Shown here: positions 13,022 through 25,590 of the stretch, piece after piece
How the letters are laid out: each line of letters begins with the position of its first letter
Position numbering within the stretch: position 1 is the first letter of the stretch
From: Octopus bimaculoides
Taxonomy: Eukaryota
Direction of reading: 5' to 3'
NCBI RefSeq assembly: GCF_001194135.2
Contig: NC_069007.1
Coordinates: 1,727,610 to 1,791,609, forward strand
Length of the DNA: 64,000 bases
Notes under the pieces: model-generated
Databases searched by the model: none
Seen by the model: only the letters and a program-made list of their open reading frames with translations
Told to the model about the DNA's origin: nothing
Made by a program: the position numbers and the translations under genes

Positions 13022-13975
13022 ATTGCTGCATGTATCAGGCCTTGTTCCTTTAGTAGAGAGGATTATCACTGCAGTTATGAAGGCGGTGGGGTGGAAGAAT
13101 CTCATCCACACCAGACAAAATGTTTAGAAGCATTTCTTTTGTTTTTACGCTCTGAGTTAAAATCACACACGGATCGATTTTGCCTTTTACCATTTCGAGG
13201 TCTATAAAATAAGTACCAACTGCGCACTGTGGGCGAAGCAACGAACTTGCACCATCTCTCCAGAACTGCTGGCCTTTTGCCACAATTTGAAGCCATTGTG
13301 ACTGCATGTTTCAGCCAGCGAAACGACTAAAAATGTGTTGCGCTGGACACATTGTTTAGCAGCATTTCGTCTGTCTTTCATTTCTGAGTTCAAATTTTGC
13401 TGAGTTCGAGTTCTACTTTTATCCTTTCGGGATTAATGAAAATAAATACCAGTTGAGTTCTGATGTAAATATATTCGATTTACCCGCTTCCGTCAGATTT
13501 CAGGCCTTCTGTTTTTTAGGAGGAAGGGATTATACTGCATGTTTGAATTCAGCGAGCAGGGAGAGTTTTCAGCATGCCGAACAAAATTTTAGTGGCGTTT
13601 CGTCCGTCTTTATGGTCTGAGTTCATATTTTGTCTTTTGAGTCGATAAAATAATTACTGGTTGAGCCCTGGGGGTCGTTGTACTCGACTTACCTTTTCCA
13701 CAAACATTTAGGCCTTGTGACTATCGTAGAAGGAATTATTATTATTAGACATATTAAAACAGCAAGCTGTCAGTGTCTCTAGCGCGACGGAAAATCTCCT
13801 TGGCGGAATGTCTTGAGACTCTTTGAATTGAAATAAAGTCCGGATCAACTTTGCCTTTCCTACTTTCGGGATGAATAAAATACGATACTAGTTAAATACT
13901 AAGGGGTCGATGAAATAAATTTGCTTCCTTCCTTAAAATTGCTCACCTTGAGCCAAATTTTTTAACCAATATTTT
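13022..13975 (+). mobile_element. Head-to-tail array of four SINE-B copies plus a tail-only stub
   Basis: B-box/core and GGCCTTGTGCC-type short tails repeat at about 13080, 13310, 13548 and 13758; spacer motif ACTGCATGTTT recurs between copies. Confidence 0.8.
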
Positions 13976-15599
13976 AGTTTACATTAAGGGTTCCGTTATA
14001 TGAATGTTTGCAATTCTTCCGAACACTGGTTTCCACAGGTTATACGAATGAATATACTATTATGGACACTTTACTTCCTAGCAAGGTACACCTTAATGCG
14101 AGGTATCGAACTGAATATGCTTGCATTAAGAACAATTTCCAGATATTTGTAGCTTCTATTTCTGCCCGAGAATCGCCGTTTAATCAGTTGGGTTGTATTG
14201 TTGAAGTATTGTCTTAAGGCACTGCTAACCATCTATCTTATGCAAAGATTCATTTCTGTGATGTCCCCCACGTCCCTTTGAACAAGATTTCCACATCTCG
14301 GAAGACAAGGGAAAGCATTATGCATAATGTGTATCCCACGAATTTTTAGATTATATCATTAATGAAAATTGGCTGATAATCGAAGTAGTTCGATCTTTCA
14401 TTTCTTTAAGACTAATTAGATTATCAATAATGGTCATTGGTATTGAATAATATTTGTATCAAAGAAGAAATAGAAACACCTGATGCTTTGTTCTTTGGGG
14501 CGTCAGTCCTCCTATCAAGTCAACTTACTATCCAGAAAGTTCCAATTGAAATATATAATTCTTTATTTCCTCGTTTTCAACGTTTTGATATTTGCCCGTA
14601 AAAAAAGAAAGACAGAGGTACTTTTGCGCAATATAATGTCTATGGGGAAAACGATGCATAAATCACTACGACAACCATGGAAGGGTTTCGTATTACATGA
14701 CCATTGTAATTGAATTGTGTTTCCGTTTAAAAATGAAAGGGCCGATGCATTATAAACCTCACCGATACGGACAATTTAGTTAACTAGCAAATCCTTTACT
14801 ATAAACATTAAAACTACTTAAGTCGCGAACCCGAAATGAATGAAACAAAAACAAATGAGATTTTCCAATACACTTGCTAACTGCAAGTTTCATTTACGAA
14901 ACTTCATTCATGAAGTGCTTTATAGGAAACAATAAATATCCGCTACATTGTAAGAAATCGTTTGGATTCCGTGTTCAACCATTATCATACCAAATTACAT
15001 TCCTTCTTTCTTTTTCTTAAGTCAAGAGGTCTTAATTATATTTACCTCAATATCCACCAACTGTAGCAATAAATCTTCTGGATTAATATAGTACATCAAG
15101 CGTGCTCTATCTTTCCGATAATACATATAACGGCACGTAAATGGAATGGATGTGGATACAAGGCGTCTGGCCTGCCTATTGAACCTTGCATACATTTACT
15201 AACCGCTCTATAGATTTCTACACCGACCCCTATAAAGTTTATAGTGGATCCCTTTGAAGTGATATATCCTGAATGACAAAAACTTACAAACACTTGCAGG
15301 GAAAGATTACAAATATTATTACGTTGGGTTTGCATTTATAATTCTGGCAGATAAATTCAATTGCATCAATTTTATACTAATATTATACCGTTAATCTAAC
15401 TACTTATCGAATTGCTTAGGTTACGTTATATTGATATATATCGATAATTATCTGTCTGTCTATCTATCCACCTACTCCTGTGATAGATACATTATATACA
15501 CACACATATATTTATATGTATACGTATACATATATATATATATATATATATCCGTCAAATGTAAATAATGTACATAATTCATCATCTCTTAGATATACA

Positions 15600-15644
<45 letters not shown>

Positions 15645-16008
15645 TTATTTTAGCGCCGTCTACCATATCCGCTCAAAAAGACTTAAAAGTACTGGGCGCC
15701 GCATAGTAGGAATGAGCTCGGAATCATACGGCTGTGAAGGAAATTCCTCACCACACAGCCATGCCTATGAAGAAATACCGGGAAATACGTGATCGATTAA
15801 ATTCACTTGATTGTGGTACTCCATTAAGGAGACCGTCAAATTATAAACCCAATCAACTATTCTGTTTTCGCTACTTATGTGCTGTCTCTCCTAATCTCTG
15901 TCCCTCTCACTCCTTCTCTACCCCCCTCTCGCTCCATCTCCTCCTCATCCTCCCTCCTTTAGCTCTCTTTCTCTCACTCTTTAATGAGGTGTCATAGATG
16001 CCATAGAA

Positions 16009-16320
16009 GGAGAGTGGCTTAGAGGTTAGGGCGTTCGGCTCACGATCGTAAGTTCGTGAGGTCAATTCCCAGCGACGCGTTGTGTCCTTGAGCAAGACAC
16101 TTTATTTCACGTTGCTCCAGTCCACTCAGCTGGCAAAAATGAGTTGTACTTGTATTTCAAAGGGCCGGCCTTGTCAGACACTATGTCACGCTGAATCTCC
16201 CCGAGAACTACGTTAAGGGTACACGTGTCTTTGGAGTGCTCATGCACTAGCACGTTAATTTCACGAGCAAGCTGGGACCCTCGTCGTCGTAACCGACATA
16301 GTGCTCCATATATTCCATGG
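16009..16320 (+). mobile_element. SINE family C (tRNA head, CORE-like central domain)
   Basis: A-box TGGCTTAGAGG, B-box GGTCAATTCCC, then TGTGTCCTTGAGCAAGACACTT..CCACTCAGCTGGCAAAAATGAGT resembling the CORE domain; second copy at 40839. Confidence 0.8.
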
Positions 16321-16752
16321 CCACTGGAGAGGAAGTAACACGTCACAGTGAAACTGACTTACTTTGAAATCAGGTTCTCAGTAAAAGAAAGTTTTCTCTA
16401 AGCACTGGTTTACTCTTGCATAAATCCTTAGCATACCAGTACAAATATTTACCAATCTGAACAGACGAGGTAAGAATATGGATTTTCTAACTTGGGAATG
16501 GGACAACAAATCGTGTGAGCGGGATATACTTCGTTATATTAATACTATTACAACGGAAAATTCATAACGGAATGATGCAGGGCTTTCCGTAGCATTCTAT
16601 GAATGATATGAGAAGAGATGAAAGGTGAAAGGAAAACCATTTCTCTTACTTTTTTTAAAAATCTTTTTTGCTTCATCAGCTTTTAACAGGGGTTTCTTTT
16701 AGCGATAGAGTGCCTCTGTCTGTGTGTGTGATTCAGTGAACCATGGGATGTG

Positions 16753-17031
16753 AGTCGTTGGTAGTGTTTCGCTGTCACTAGAGCCCATTATTTTGGAAAG
16801 GTGTTACTATTCTACTATGCCATTTCAATCATTACTCAGCTAGCTCACAGCAGCCGATTAAATCTAGGACTTTAATTATATTGAACACTGTAATTCAATC
16901 GAGCACTATGTGGAGTGTTAGTCGTTGGTAGTATTTCGCTGTCACCAGAGCCCATTGTTTTGGAAAGGGGTTAGTATTCTGCCATGCCATTTCAATCCTT
17001 AAGCAGTCATCTCACAGCAGCCGATTAAATC
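16753..17031. repeat. Direct duplication, two 112-bp units, 167-bp period
   Basis: 16753-16864 versus 16920-17031, about 13 mismatches by manual alignment. Confidence 0.9.
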
Positions 17032-17469
17032 GAGCACTGTAATTGACAGGTACTTTATTTTATCGATCCCAGAATGATGAAACACACGCGTCTTTATGGT
17101 AACATTTAACATAACGAAAATTGAATAAACAAAGCAAGACATTTTTCCGATTCAGTAACGATCCGGCAAATCTATTCACTTGTCGTTTTGCTGTATTTCC
17201 CTTTATTTATTCTATAGATTTCTAATATTTACGCAACGAAACACATTGTTTTAAAAATGGTTTCGTCAATGATATTGACCTCTGTATAAGAACGGTACAC
17301 TATTTTATCGAAAACTGGAAGACAAAATATAAGGTTGCCTCTGGCAGACTTTCAATGTACAGAGAAGAAATTGAACATCGTGAGTTAAATAGTTCACCGT
17401 AAAGCGAGTTAGGTATTTACAAATATTATTATCATTATTATTATTATCAACAATAATAGTTGGCATGAT

Positions 17470-18051
17470 AACGTATGTCAATCGGAAGTGCGATAATGTA
17501 GCTATGTCCTTTGGAGATTTTGTGAGAAGTACGGACTTGAAATATCGTCGAAATAATATGAACATAAACCAGGTTTCACCGAGAATAATGAGTATAGATC
17601 TTGTGGGATTTTATAATCTTGTGTGATTCAGTGAATGATGTTGGGAGACCGGATATTGTTGCTGTGGATAAAAGGAAAAAGGAAACCAAGATTAAAATGC
17701 AGGATTGGATGTCAAAGAAGTAGAAAACATTAAAAAACACAAAATATGAGATCGCACGAATGTGGGCAATGAAGAAAGTAAATGTTATCTATGTAGTTGA
17801 AGGGGCATTTGGGACCATAAATGAGCAGGTTTAAGAGATCTGTTAGAGAAGATGTGATTAACATGAGAGTAGAACATGCTCAGAATATGCTAAGAAAATT
17901 GTTTTATTAGGATTTTGAGATGGATACTTTGGTGTTAAGCATCGTGAAAAGAAGCCTTTACAATAGGTTGTTGTCACCTCTTACAGGATTTGACGAAGCA
18001 AATGAAATCAAAAGATGTGGGAAGTGAAATGGAAATAATAATAATAATAAT
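17470..18051 (+). mobile_element. RLE-type LINE 3' fragment (R4/Dong-like) ending in (AAT)n
   Basis: Decayed ..DNVA..W..CEKYGLEISSK*YEHKP..ENNEY..LWDFIILCDSVNDVGRPDIVAVDKRKKETKI, followed by an AATAATAAT tail at about 18034-18051. Confidence 0.85.
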
Positions 18052-18166
18052 GCTAACTTGCACTCTTTTAATTATGAAGAAAAGCCGAAAGATTTAATCT
18101 GGTGATATAAAATTACCATAAGGTAATATAATTAGATCGCTGAGAAATAATGAAGCATACAATTAC

Positions 18167-18433
18167 CTTGGGCTGTAGGTCGACAGAATAATGGAAAGAG
18201 AAATAGCAGTTCTCCTCTATGATATTGGAAGTGGTGATGGTCGTAGTACTGGTACTACAAATATTTGTTGCAATTTGCGTTGATATGGCGTCTACAATGT
18301 TGCTGGTAGTGTTGTCGTTGTTGGTTTGGTCGTGTATGATGTAATGTCTCCTATTGTTGTTGTTCTTCGTTTTGTCTTGTTTGTTAGTGTCATATAACGT
18401 GGTGAAAAGAATACTCGTGTTTTCCAGTTCCAT
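18167..18433 (-). CDS. Weak candidate first coding exon (89 aa, Asn/Thr-rich)
   Basis: GGC ATG G start at 18433, open frame MELENTSILF..CYFSFHYSVDLQPK, phase-0 donor AAG|GTAATT at 18166. Caveat: much of it is a decayed AAC/ACC triplet tract following a SINE-B tail fragment (18440-18500). Confidence 0.25.
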
Positions 18434-18514
18434 GCCGTTGCTATTGTTAATAATGATTTCAAATTTTGGCACAATGCCAGCAAGGTTTTTTAATGTAGAC
18501 TCGATTCTATTGAA

Positions 18515-19075
18515 CTCAATTCAAACTCTGCCAAAGTCAACGTTCCCTTTCATAAGTTCGGAGGTCGTTAAAAGAAGGACCAGTCAAAATACTGATGCTC
18601 CCGTAATCGTCTTTGTCTATCCCCAAAATTGTTGGCCTTGTGATAAAACTTGAAACCATTTTTAAGGTGGTGAGTTACCAGAATTTTTAGCGCTTCAGAC
18701 AATCTGCTTGTCGGCATTTCTCCTGACTTTACTTTCTGAGTTCAAATTCCAGCGGGGTAAAACTTGCCATACATTTTAGCCGCCGAATAGATAAAAAAAA
18801 TTTACCGTTTAAAAAATGAGGTTAATATAATCGAGTGAACGCTTCTTCCCAATCGGTAGCTCGTCGGCCAGCATTTTCGCTACATTTCTAACTGCTCATT
18901 ACTATATCAGTTAAAATTCCAGTGAGTTCTAATTACTAATTTGTTTGACATCCTTTCGGGTTATTTAAAACTTGTACCAAGTAAAATATGCACCGAGTTC
19001 GATTGAATCGACTCTACCCGCAACAAGAGTTATTGGCATTGCACTAAAATCTGAAATCATTGTTATTATTGTTGT
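18515..19075 (+). mobile_element. Three tandem degraded SINE-B copies
   Basis: Cores TTCAAACTCTGCCAAAGTCAAC (18521), GAGTTCAAATTCC (18738) and CATCCTTTCGGG (18949); short tails ending TTGAAACC / CTGAAATC. Confidence 0.7.
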
Positions 19076-20029
19076 TGGTATGTATGAGCAATACTTCCTT
19101 TAATATGTATTTATTTTGAATATATTTAAACATTTTTACAGTTAAGAATTATGTTTACAAATATAAATTTTATTTACAGTTAAAAATAATGTTTTCCGTT
19201 TTGATTCTAAGCGGCCCATGTCCCCCAAAATGAATGCATGTCCATACTTTGAACTCCCAACGTATAGCCGGAAGAGACACCGCTAGACTTTGTGCTCGAC
19301 GCGCTACCGATTCTGTCAGCTTGGAGCGTTACACTCAATGCCTTTCTAATAAATGAAATGTTTTTAGTAGAAAGAAATTTTATATAATTGTATTATTCTC
19401 TGGCACTAAAAATAAACACGCAAAATTAAAAAAAAAAAAAGAGAAAGAAACAAGCCAGATTATATTCTCCAATTAACACATCGATTTATTTTCGCGGTTT
19501 ACAACATTTTAAAGAAAATTAGAATGACAATTGGATTGCTTACGAATTTCCTTTTAACATTGCTGATTAATTGTCGGGAATTTACAATTCAGATTGGTTT
19601 ACAATTTATAAAACGTGTATTTTATGTTTAGCTACAGAATATATTTCCGGACTAGTTTTAGGTTCGTATTTAACAGAGTCAATATACTTCTTTGTTTACA
19701 CTATACTTGCATAAGAAAAGAAATTCTTTCTATAAATGTGCTTCAGTTTCTGTACTAACGTAAACATAAAGTGTAAATACTGCTAAATGTATAACAACTT
19801 TATCAGAATGTTTTTTTTTTTGTTCAGCTTATGTATTATGCAAATTTAATAGATCTAGTTATTTGGTTCTGTCTATGTTGTGATATCGACGATAAATGGT
19901 GTTAGCCGATCCTAATGGTCCAAAGACTCCATGTCATTGTTAATGTTGAGGAGTGCAAGCGGGAATATCGATTTACATTACCATATACACACTATGTACA
20001 TACATACATATATACATACAAACATACAT

Positions 20030-20072
<43 letters not shown>

Positions 20073-20492
20073 CAATGTTAATTCTCTAAATGAAGTATTA
20101 ACAGTAACTGNNNNNNNNNNNNNNNNNNNNNNNNNNNNNNNNNNNNNNNNNNNNNNNNNNNNNNNNNNNNNNNNNNNNNNNNNNNNNNNNNNNNNNNNNN
20201 NNNNNNNNNNNNNNNNNNNNNNNNNNNNNNNNNNNNNNNNNNNNNNNNNNNNNNNNNNNNNNNNNNNNNNNNNNNNNNNNNNNNNNNNNNNNNNNNNNNN
20301 NNNNNNNNNNNNNNNNNNNNNNNNNNNNNNNNNNNNNNNNNNNNNNNNNNNNNNNNNNNNNNNNNNNNNNNNNNNNNNNNNNNNNNNNNNNNNNNNNNNN
20401 NNNNNNNNNNNNNNNNNNNNNNNNNNATATATATATATATATATATATTCTTCACTCATTTATTACTGTTATATTATTATTTTAGCGCCTGC

Positions 20493-20630
20493 CCATTGTC
20501 CGGAAATCTTTCGTCACATGTCTGTGACCTCTTCAGATACTTTTCGATTCCGGCTTGTTCTTGTTCCACTTACTGCATTCTGTTCATCTAAGATGTGACA
20601 GATGTTTGATGGAAGATTTCCGGACAATGG
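20493..20630. mobile_element. 138-bp foldback/MITE with ~36 bp inverted arms
   Basis: CCATTGTCCGGAAATCTTTCGTCACATGTCTGTGAC versus reverse complement of the right arm CCATTGTCCGGAAATCTTCCATCAAACATCTGTCAC: 30/36 identical, first 18 perfect. Confidence 0.7.
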
Positions 20631-20699
20631 ACAGCCGTGGTCTTGCGCGACCAGTATAGTGCCCCCAGTCTCTATTTTAGTGTTCCTTTCGTCAACCAA

Positions 20700-21265
20700 T
20701 CCTACCTATTTTTCCAGCTGTGTCAGCTGTTCAATACCAGTGAACTAAGGTAACACCTCTTATTTTTCGAGCACCTTTTGGAGTATTCGGGCTGTTTCAA
20801 GCAGTGCTGTTTTCTGCAAATTCTCCACCCTTACTGCAGCCACTATTTATTCTACGTACTTCTCGAGATTTCTTTTCACTGTTCCCAGGGCTCCGACAAT
20901 TATTGGTACTACTACTACCTTTCTCATCGACCACAACTGCTTTACGTCCCACGCTAACCTGTCATATCTATCGAGTTTTCTTTCTTCTTTATCGCATACC
21001 TTATTTTCAGCTGGGCATGCTATATCTATGATCCAGCATAGTTTGTTTTCTTTCTCAATTACGGCTATGTCTGGCTTCCTATTCTCTATCTCATGGTCGC
21101 ACTGAATCATAAAATCGCATAAAACCTATGCATTTCAATTTCCGACGATACCTTCGGGTTTGCGGTCGTACCAATTTTTTGCTCTGTCAAAGTGTCCAAT
21201 GGACAAGCCTGGCTATATTGTCGTGGCGTCTCTTATTTTCCTACTGGGTTACTGGCGTACACTGA
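20700..21265 (-). mobile_element. RLE-type LINE 3' fragment (R4/Dong-like)
   Basis: RRHDNIARLVHW..WYDRKPEG..DFMIQCDHEIENRKPDIAVIEKENKLCWIIDIACPAENKVCDKEERKLDRYDRLAWDVKQLWSMRKVVVVPIIVGALGTV (ORF 20847-21110). Confidence 0.92.
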
Positions 21266-21301
21266 CCGGTATTATTATTATTATTACTAATATTATTGTT
21301 A

Positions 21302-21335
<34 letters not shown>

Positions 21336-22249
21336 ATATGCATGTATGTGTGTCTGTACACCCATATGCACACAAATTATGTCCAATTTCTTTGTACAAG
21401 ATTCCTCTCAAAATGTATTATCACAATTCAGATAGAAACGTAATTTATTGATTTAACAATAACACGTCTCCTTTGTTTGCCATGTTACACCAAGAAGAAA
21501 ATGAATTACTTTACACTCGCTCACTCTAGAAGTGCTGCTCTATTTATATCTGAGTAGGTTCTTACGCATTGTAACTTCAGGACCGAGAAGCCATAAGTCA
21601 TAGTGCTGCTTTGTAAAATAAACATCTTGGACAGCTCCTATCAAGATATGCGTTTAAGCACCATGCTCAAATGTCTAATATGACGAAATAGCAAGTAAAA
21701 GACTAGTTTGATTAGCGGACTAATTACGTATAATCGCATATATGCATAACCTCTTACATTTTACATACTTACAGCAAGTATATATACAACCGTAGACATA
21801 AGCATACAAATAAAACCTCATGTCTTCAATAAGTGTGTGTGCATGTGTTTGTAATTATTTTGGTAGATTTAAGATCCAACCAGTTTCCTCTTGAATCGTA
21901 TTCCAGTAATACAGTTCTTCTATTTAACTGCTCTATTTATGTGATGAGGTATAGATTAGAGTTAAAAGGTCTGAGCATATTGTTTGTAGAGTAATCCTAC
22001 ATCAAAATAGGAGGCTGGAAAAGAAATTGGGGGCATTATTTATTCACCATTACATACGCCTTATTTGATAAGAAGAATTACAAAATTGAAATTGTAGGAT
22101 AAACATGTTAGAAATTTCCTATTACAAATTCTTGATACAGGATCAAAATAATTCGGTATTTTTTGATCGTATGTCAAGAATTTCTACACAGATATTTCTA
22201 ACATATTTCTCCCACATGTGCAATTTGTAATTCCTATTAGTTTCTGTTT

Positions 22250-22378
22250 ATCAAATACCCTCAAGAGATTTTGGTCGGCTTGAGGCTATAGTAGAAGACT
22301 ATTGCTGAAAGGTCCACGCAGTAGGACTGAACATACAGCCATGTAGTTACGAAGAAAGCTTCTTACCACACAACCATA
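22250..22378 (-). mobile_element. SINE family A, 5' fragment
   Basis: TTTGGTCGGCTTGAGGCTATAGTAGAAGAC..CCACGCAGTAGGACTGAAC..CTTACCACACAACCA. Confidence 0.75.
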
Positions 22379-23299
22379 TTTTGTGAAGTCATCTTGGAGC
22401 TTTTTACAGACACCAATCTCAGGAGTTGGAGTTAGTTACAACATAAAATCCAACAGAGTTATAATCACCTACTCCACATAACACTCAGACTACATTTGTT
22501 TTATATAGTTTCATATTTTTATAAGAATTAGATTAAATTTGGAAAGTTATTCGATACAGGTTTCAATAAATTTAATTCAAACCTGAGTCATACAAATTTT
22601 TGTTTCTTTTAATTACGTTTGTCATTCCTTTTTGATTACCTCTATTTAATAAATGGATTTTTAATAAATGTAATTTTTGAAACCTATTAGGTTACTTATT
22701 TTTTCTACATTTAATTTCCAGCACCAAAATCCCTACAACGTATTAAGGTTTCTTAATTTTACAGTAATAATTCACTGACGTCATATTTCTCTTTCTTCTG
22801 CTTTAAATGTAAAATATCTGATGGCTTGTTTCTATATAGTTTTTCTGTTTTTAATTTCCTTTATTTTCTCTTGTCTCCCTACGTTAATATTCAGAATATG
22901 GTTATGTTTTTACATCTTTCGTGTGAGAACTTCAATGTAATATTTCCGGGGGATAGTTATGTATTTCAATATACTCATCCGTTACTCCATCGACACAGAT
23001 GCATTTCAAAATGTTTGATATAAATCAGTGATGTTACAGCTGTGTCATTAATTAGACTCTTTCTCAGAAGATTCAGTAAAAAAAAGAAGGAAGAGAAAGA
23101 ATAGAGAAAGCTCAATGTGTGTATGTATGTGTGTACCTGTAAATTGAAGACGGGATTAAACGCGATAATTTCATCACTTATCTGTATGTATACAAACACC
23201 ATATTGACACGCTCACACAAACATATGTATACATATGTAAATACATATATTACAATGCATCTTTTAAAAATTGCTGCAATACTCATCTTCTTTGTGTGC

Positions 23300-23430
23300 T
23301 AGTCACGGGGTCAAACATTCCTGAAAGTTTCACCCGAATCCATGCAGCGGTTCTGAAGATATCTTTTCTATGGAGAAACAAACAAATAAACACAACTGGA
23401 AGCAATAGCACCGCTTTAGCGAAGGTGGGA
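23300..23430 (+). mobile_element. Helentron-associated non-autonomous element (HINE-like) 3' end
   Basis: AAAGTTTCACCCGAATCCATGCAGCGGTTCTGAAGATAT..AAACAAACAAATAAAC..terminal stem-loop CACCGCTTTAGCGAAGGTG (23409-23427); architecture recalled for HINE ends. Confidence 0.45.
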
Positions 23431-23437
23431 GGAATTA

Positions 23438-23830
23438 GGCGAGCTGGTAGAATCGTTTGAACGCTGAGGTCATTTCGTTCGTCAAGACGCTCGGAGTCCA
23501 GATTCTGCCGTGGTCGACTTTACATTTCGGGATCACTAAAATAATTACCACTCGAGTACCGGGGGGAGGGTCAATCTCATCGACATACCCCACCCCCGAA
23601 ATTGCAGGCGACATGCTGAAATTTGAAACCAATATTAAAGTAAACATATAATACGACGAACTGTAAGATTCGTTAGCACGGCGGAAGAGATTAGAGGCAT
23701 TTCGTCTGTCTTTATGTTCAAATTCCACTATTGCTGGTATTGCCTTACATCCACTCGGTGTCGATGATATAACTAATTACCCCTCTCACGAAATTAGTGG
23801 CTTTGTGCCAAAAGTTAAATACAATAATAT
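23438..23830 (+). mobile_element. Two tandem SINE-B copies
   Basis: GGCGAGCTGGTAGAATCGTT head, tail AAATTTGAAACCAATATT, second head at about 23655, tail GGCTTTGTGCCAAAAG. Confidence 0.75.
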
Positions 23831-25469
23831 ATTAAATACAATAATTTTTTTATATTTTCCTATATTTTCACTACAGCCATTCTAAGGAATTCCTGATAGT
23901 TTGGAAGGACGTGTTGAAAGAATAATTGTGAAATTTACCTATATATATATATATATATATATATATNNNNNNNNNNNNNNNNNNNNNNNNNNNNNNNNNN
24001 NNNNNNNNNNNNNNNNNNNNNNNNNNNNNNNNNNNNNNNNNNNNNNNNNNNNNNNNNNNNNNNNNNNNNNNNNNNNNNNNNNNNNNNNNNNNNNNNNNNN
24101 NNNNNNNNNNNNNNNNNNNNNNNNNNNNNNNNNNNNNNNNNNNNNNNNNNNNNNNNNNNNNNNNNNNNNNNNNNNNNNNNNNNNNNNNNNNNNNNNNNNN
24201 NNNNNNNNNNNNNNNNNNNNNNNNNNNNNNNNNNNNNNNNNNNNNNNNNNNNNNNNNNNNNNNNNNNNNNNNNNNNNNNNNNNNNNNNNNNNNNNNNNNN
24301 NNNNNNNNNNNNNNNNNNNNNNNNNNNNNNNNNNNNNNNNNNNNNNNNNNNNNNNNNNNNNNNATATATATGCACACATGCATAAATATATATATTTATG
24401 GCAGTTTCCATGAATATTCCACAGTCATTTTGAAAACGGTATTAATGTTCGTAGTTTTGAGAGCCAACAACCATAATTTCCATTCGAACTATTTGACTTT
24501 TTAGATTGTGAATCGTTTCCCATATCAGATGACTATTTACTCCGTGAATAAATAATGCGGAGAAGAAACAAGAAAAAAAAACAGTAATTTATTGCTCACA
24601 TATTTAATGAAAGGCGCATCGCAATGTTAATTAAAATTGATTATGTGTGAAAGAAACAAAAATCTAATTACATACACTGACTATTACACTGTGCCACATT
24701 TATTTTCTTTGGTCAGTCTGTGTAATTCCTTATTTATCGCTTTCTAGAAATGAGAGGAAAAGACAACTATTCACTTCAAATTTTGCTATTGTGCCCTGGA
24801 CACCAATGTTTGTAACTGACCTATTTTCCATAACATTTCCTAGAGATTCAGCACTGATTTGCAGAAGCAGATATATCGTTATAACAAATATTCTTCTTGT
24901 TGCTAAAGATTTGCTTATCAGTTGCTTTGATCTTAACAACTTGAGCATGTCCCTTAGCAGTTGACAACGTATGCATCTCTGATGAGGTGCAGGAGTAGTG
25001 GGGGAATATCATAGCCATATTTGGGGCTTCGATATATGTAACAAAAGCAAAGTTTGAAGGAAATATCAGTCATTTTTCATACTTTCTGGCGCAAAGCAAG
25101 TTCCTACACAAGGACAAAAATCGTGTTACACAGTTATATTTTAATTATTCACTAATTGTATTTTTCTCTAAGTCCAAAATAATTAGTTCTATTTTGATTT
25201 TTATATCTCCCTTGTATTATTCGGCTATGTTTTATGAGAAAAAAAAAATGAACATGTCACTTTTTCCTCAGTCACACATACCTCACCTACTGCCTCTTAT
25301 ATCCCCTGTCTCTATTATTCCCAACGTAGGGAACATACATTACTGGGGGATGGGGGGATGGGAAAATGCTTATAGATCGTTGGATCCGAAAAATATTTTC
25401 ATTTCTTTTTAGTGAGACTTGGAATTGTGAAAATTTATCTTTTGTAGCAAACATACCACAACTAGGGAC

Positions 25470-25590
25470 TTAAAACGGGCTTCACTACTATTGGAGACCG
25501 TCAAAAGTCTGTGAGCTGGCAGGACCATTAGCACCTCGGGCAAAATACTTACCAGCATTTCATTTCGTCTGTCATACTGTTCTGTGACCA
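25470..25590 (+). mobile_element. SINE-B head fragment with unique flank; donor of an inverted copy at 27151
   Basis: GTGAGCTGGCAGGACCATTAGCAC head at about 25511; 25470-25540 matches the reverse complement of 27151-27221 at 65/71. Confidence 0.8.

Noticed and set aside
15096-15270. Acceptor tttttgtcattcAG and donor GCG|GTTAGT on the minus strand
   Set aside because: Entry phase is incompatible with the 18166 donor and the peptide is unrecognisable; such sites are frequent by chance.
18354-18653. Hydrophobic 99-aa plus-strand ORF resembling a signal peptide protein
   Set aside because: Antisense of a triplet tract fused to SINE-B sequence.
24979-25010. CTGATGA motif
   Set aside because: No stem II or GAAA follows; expected by chance.
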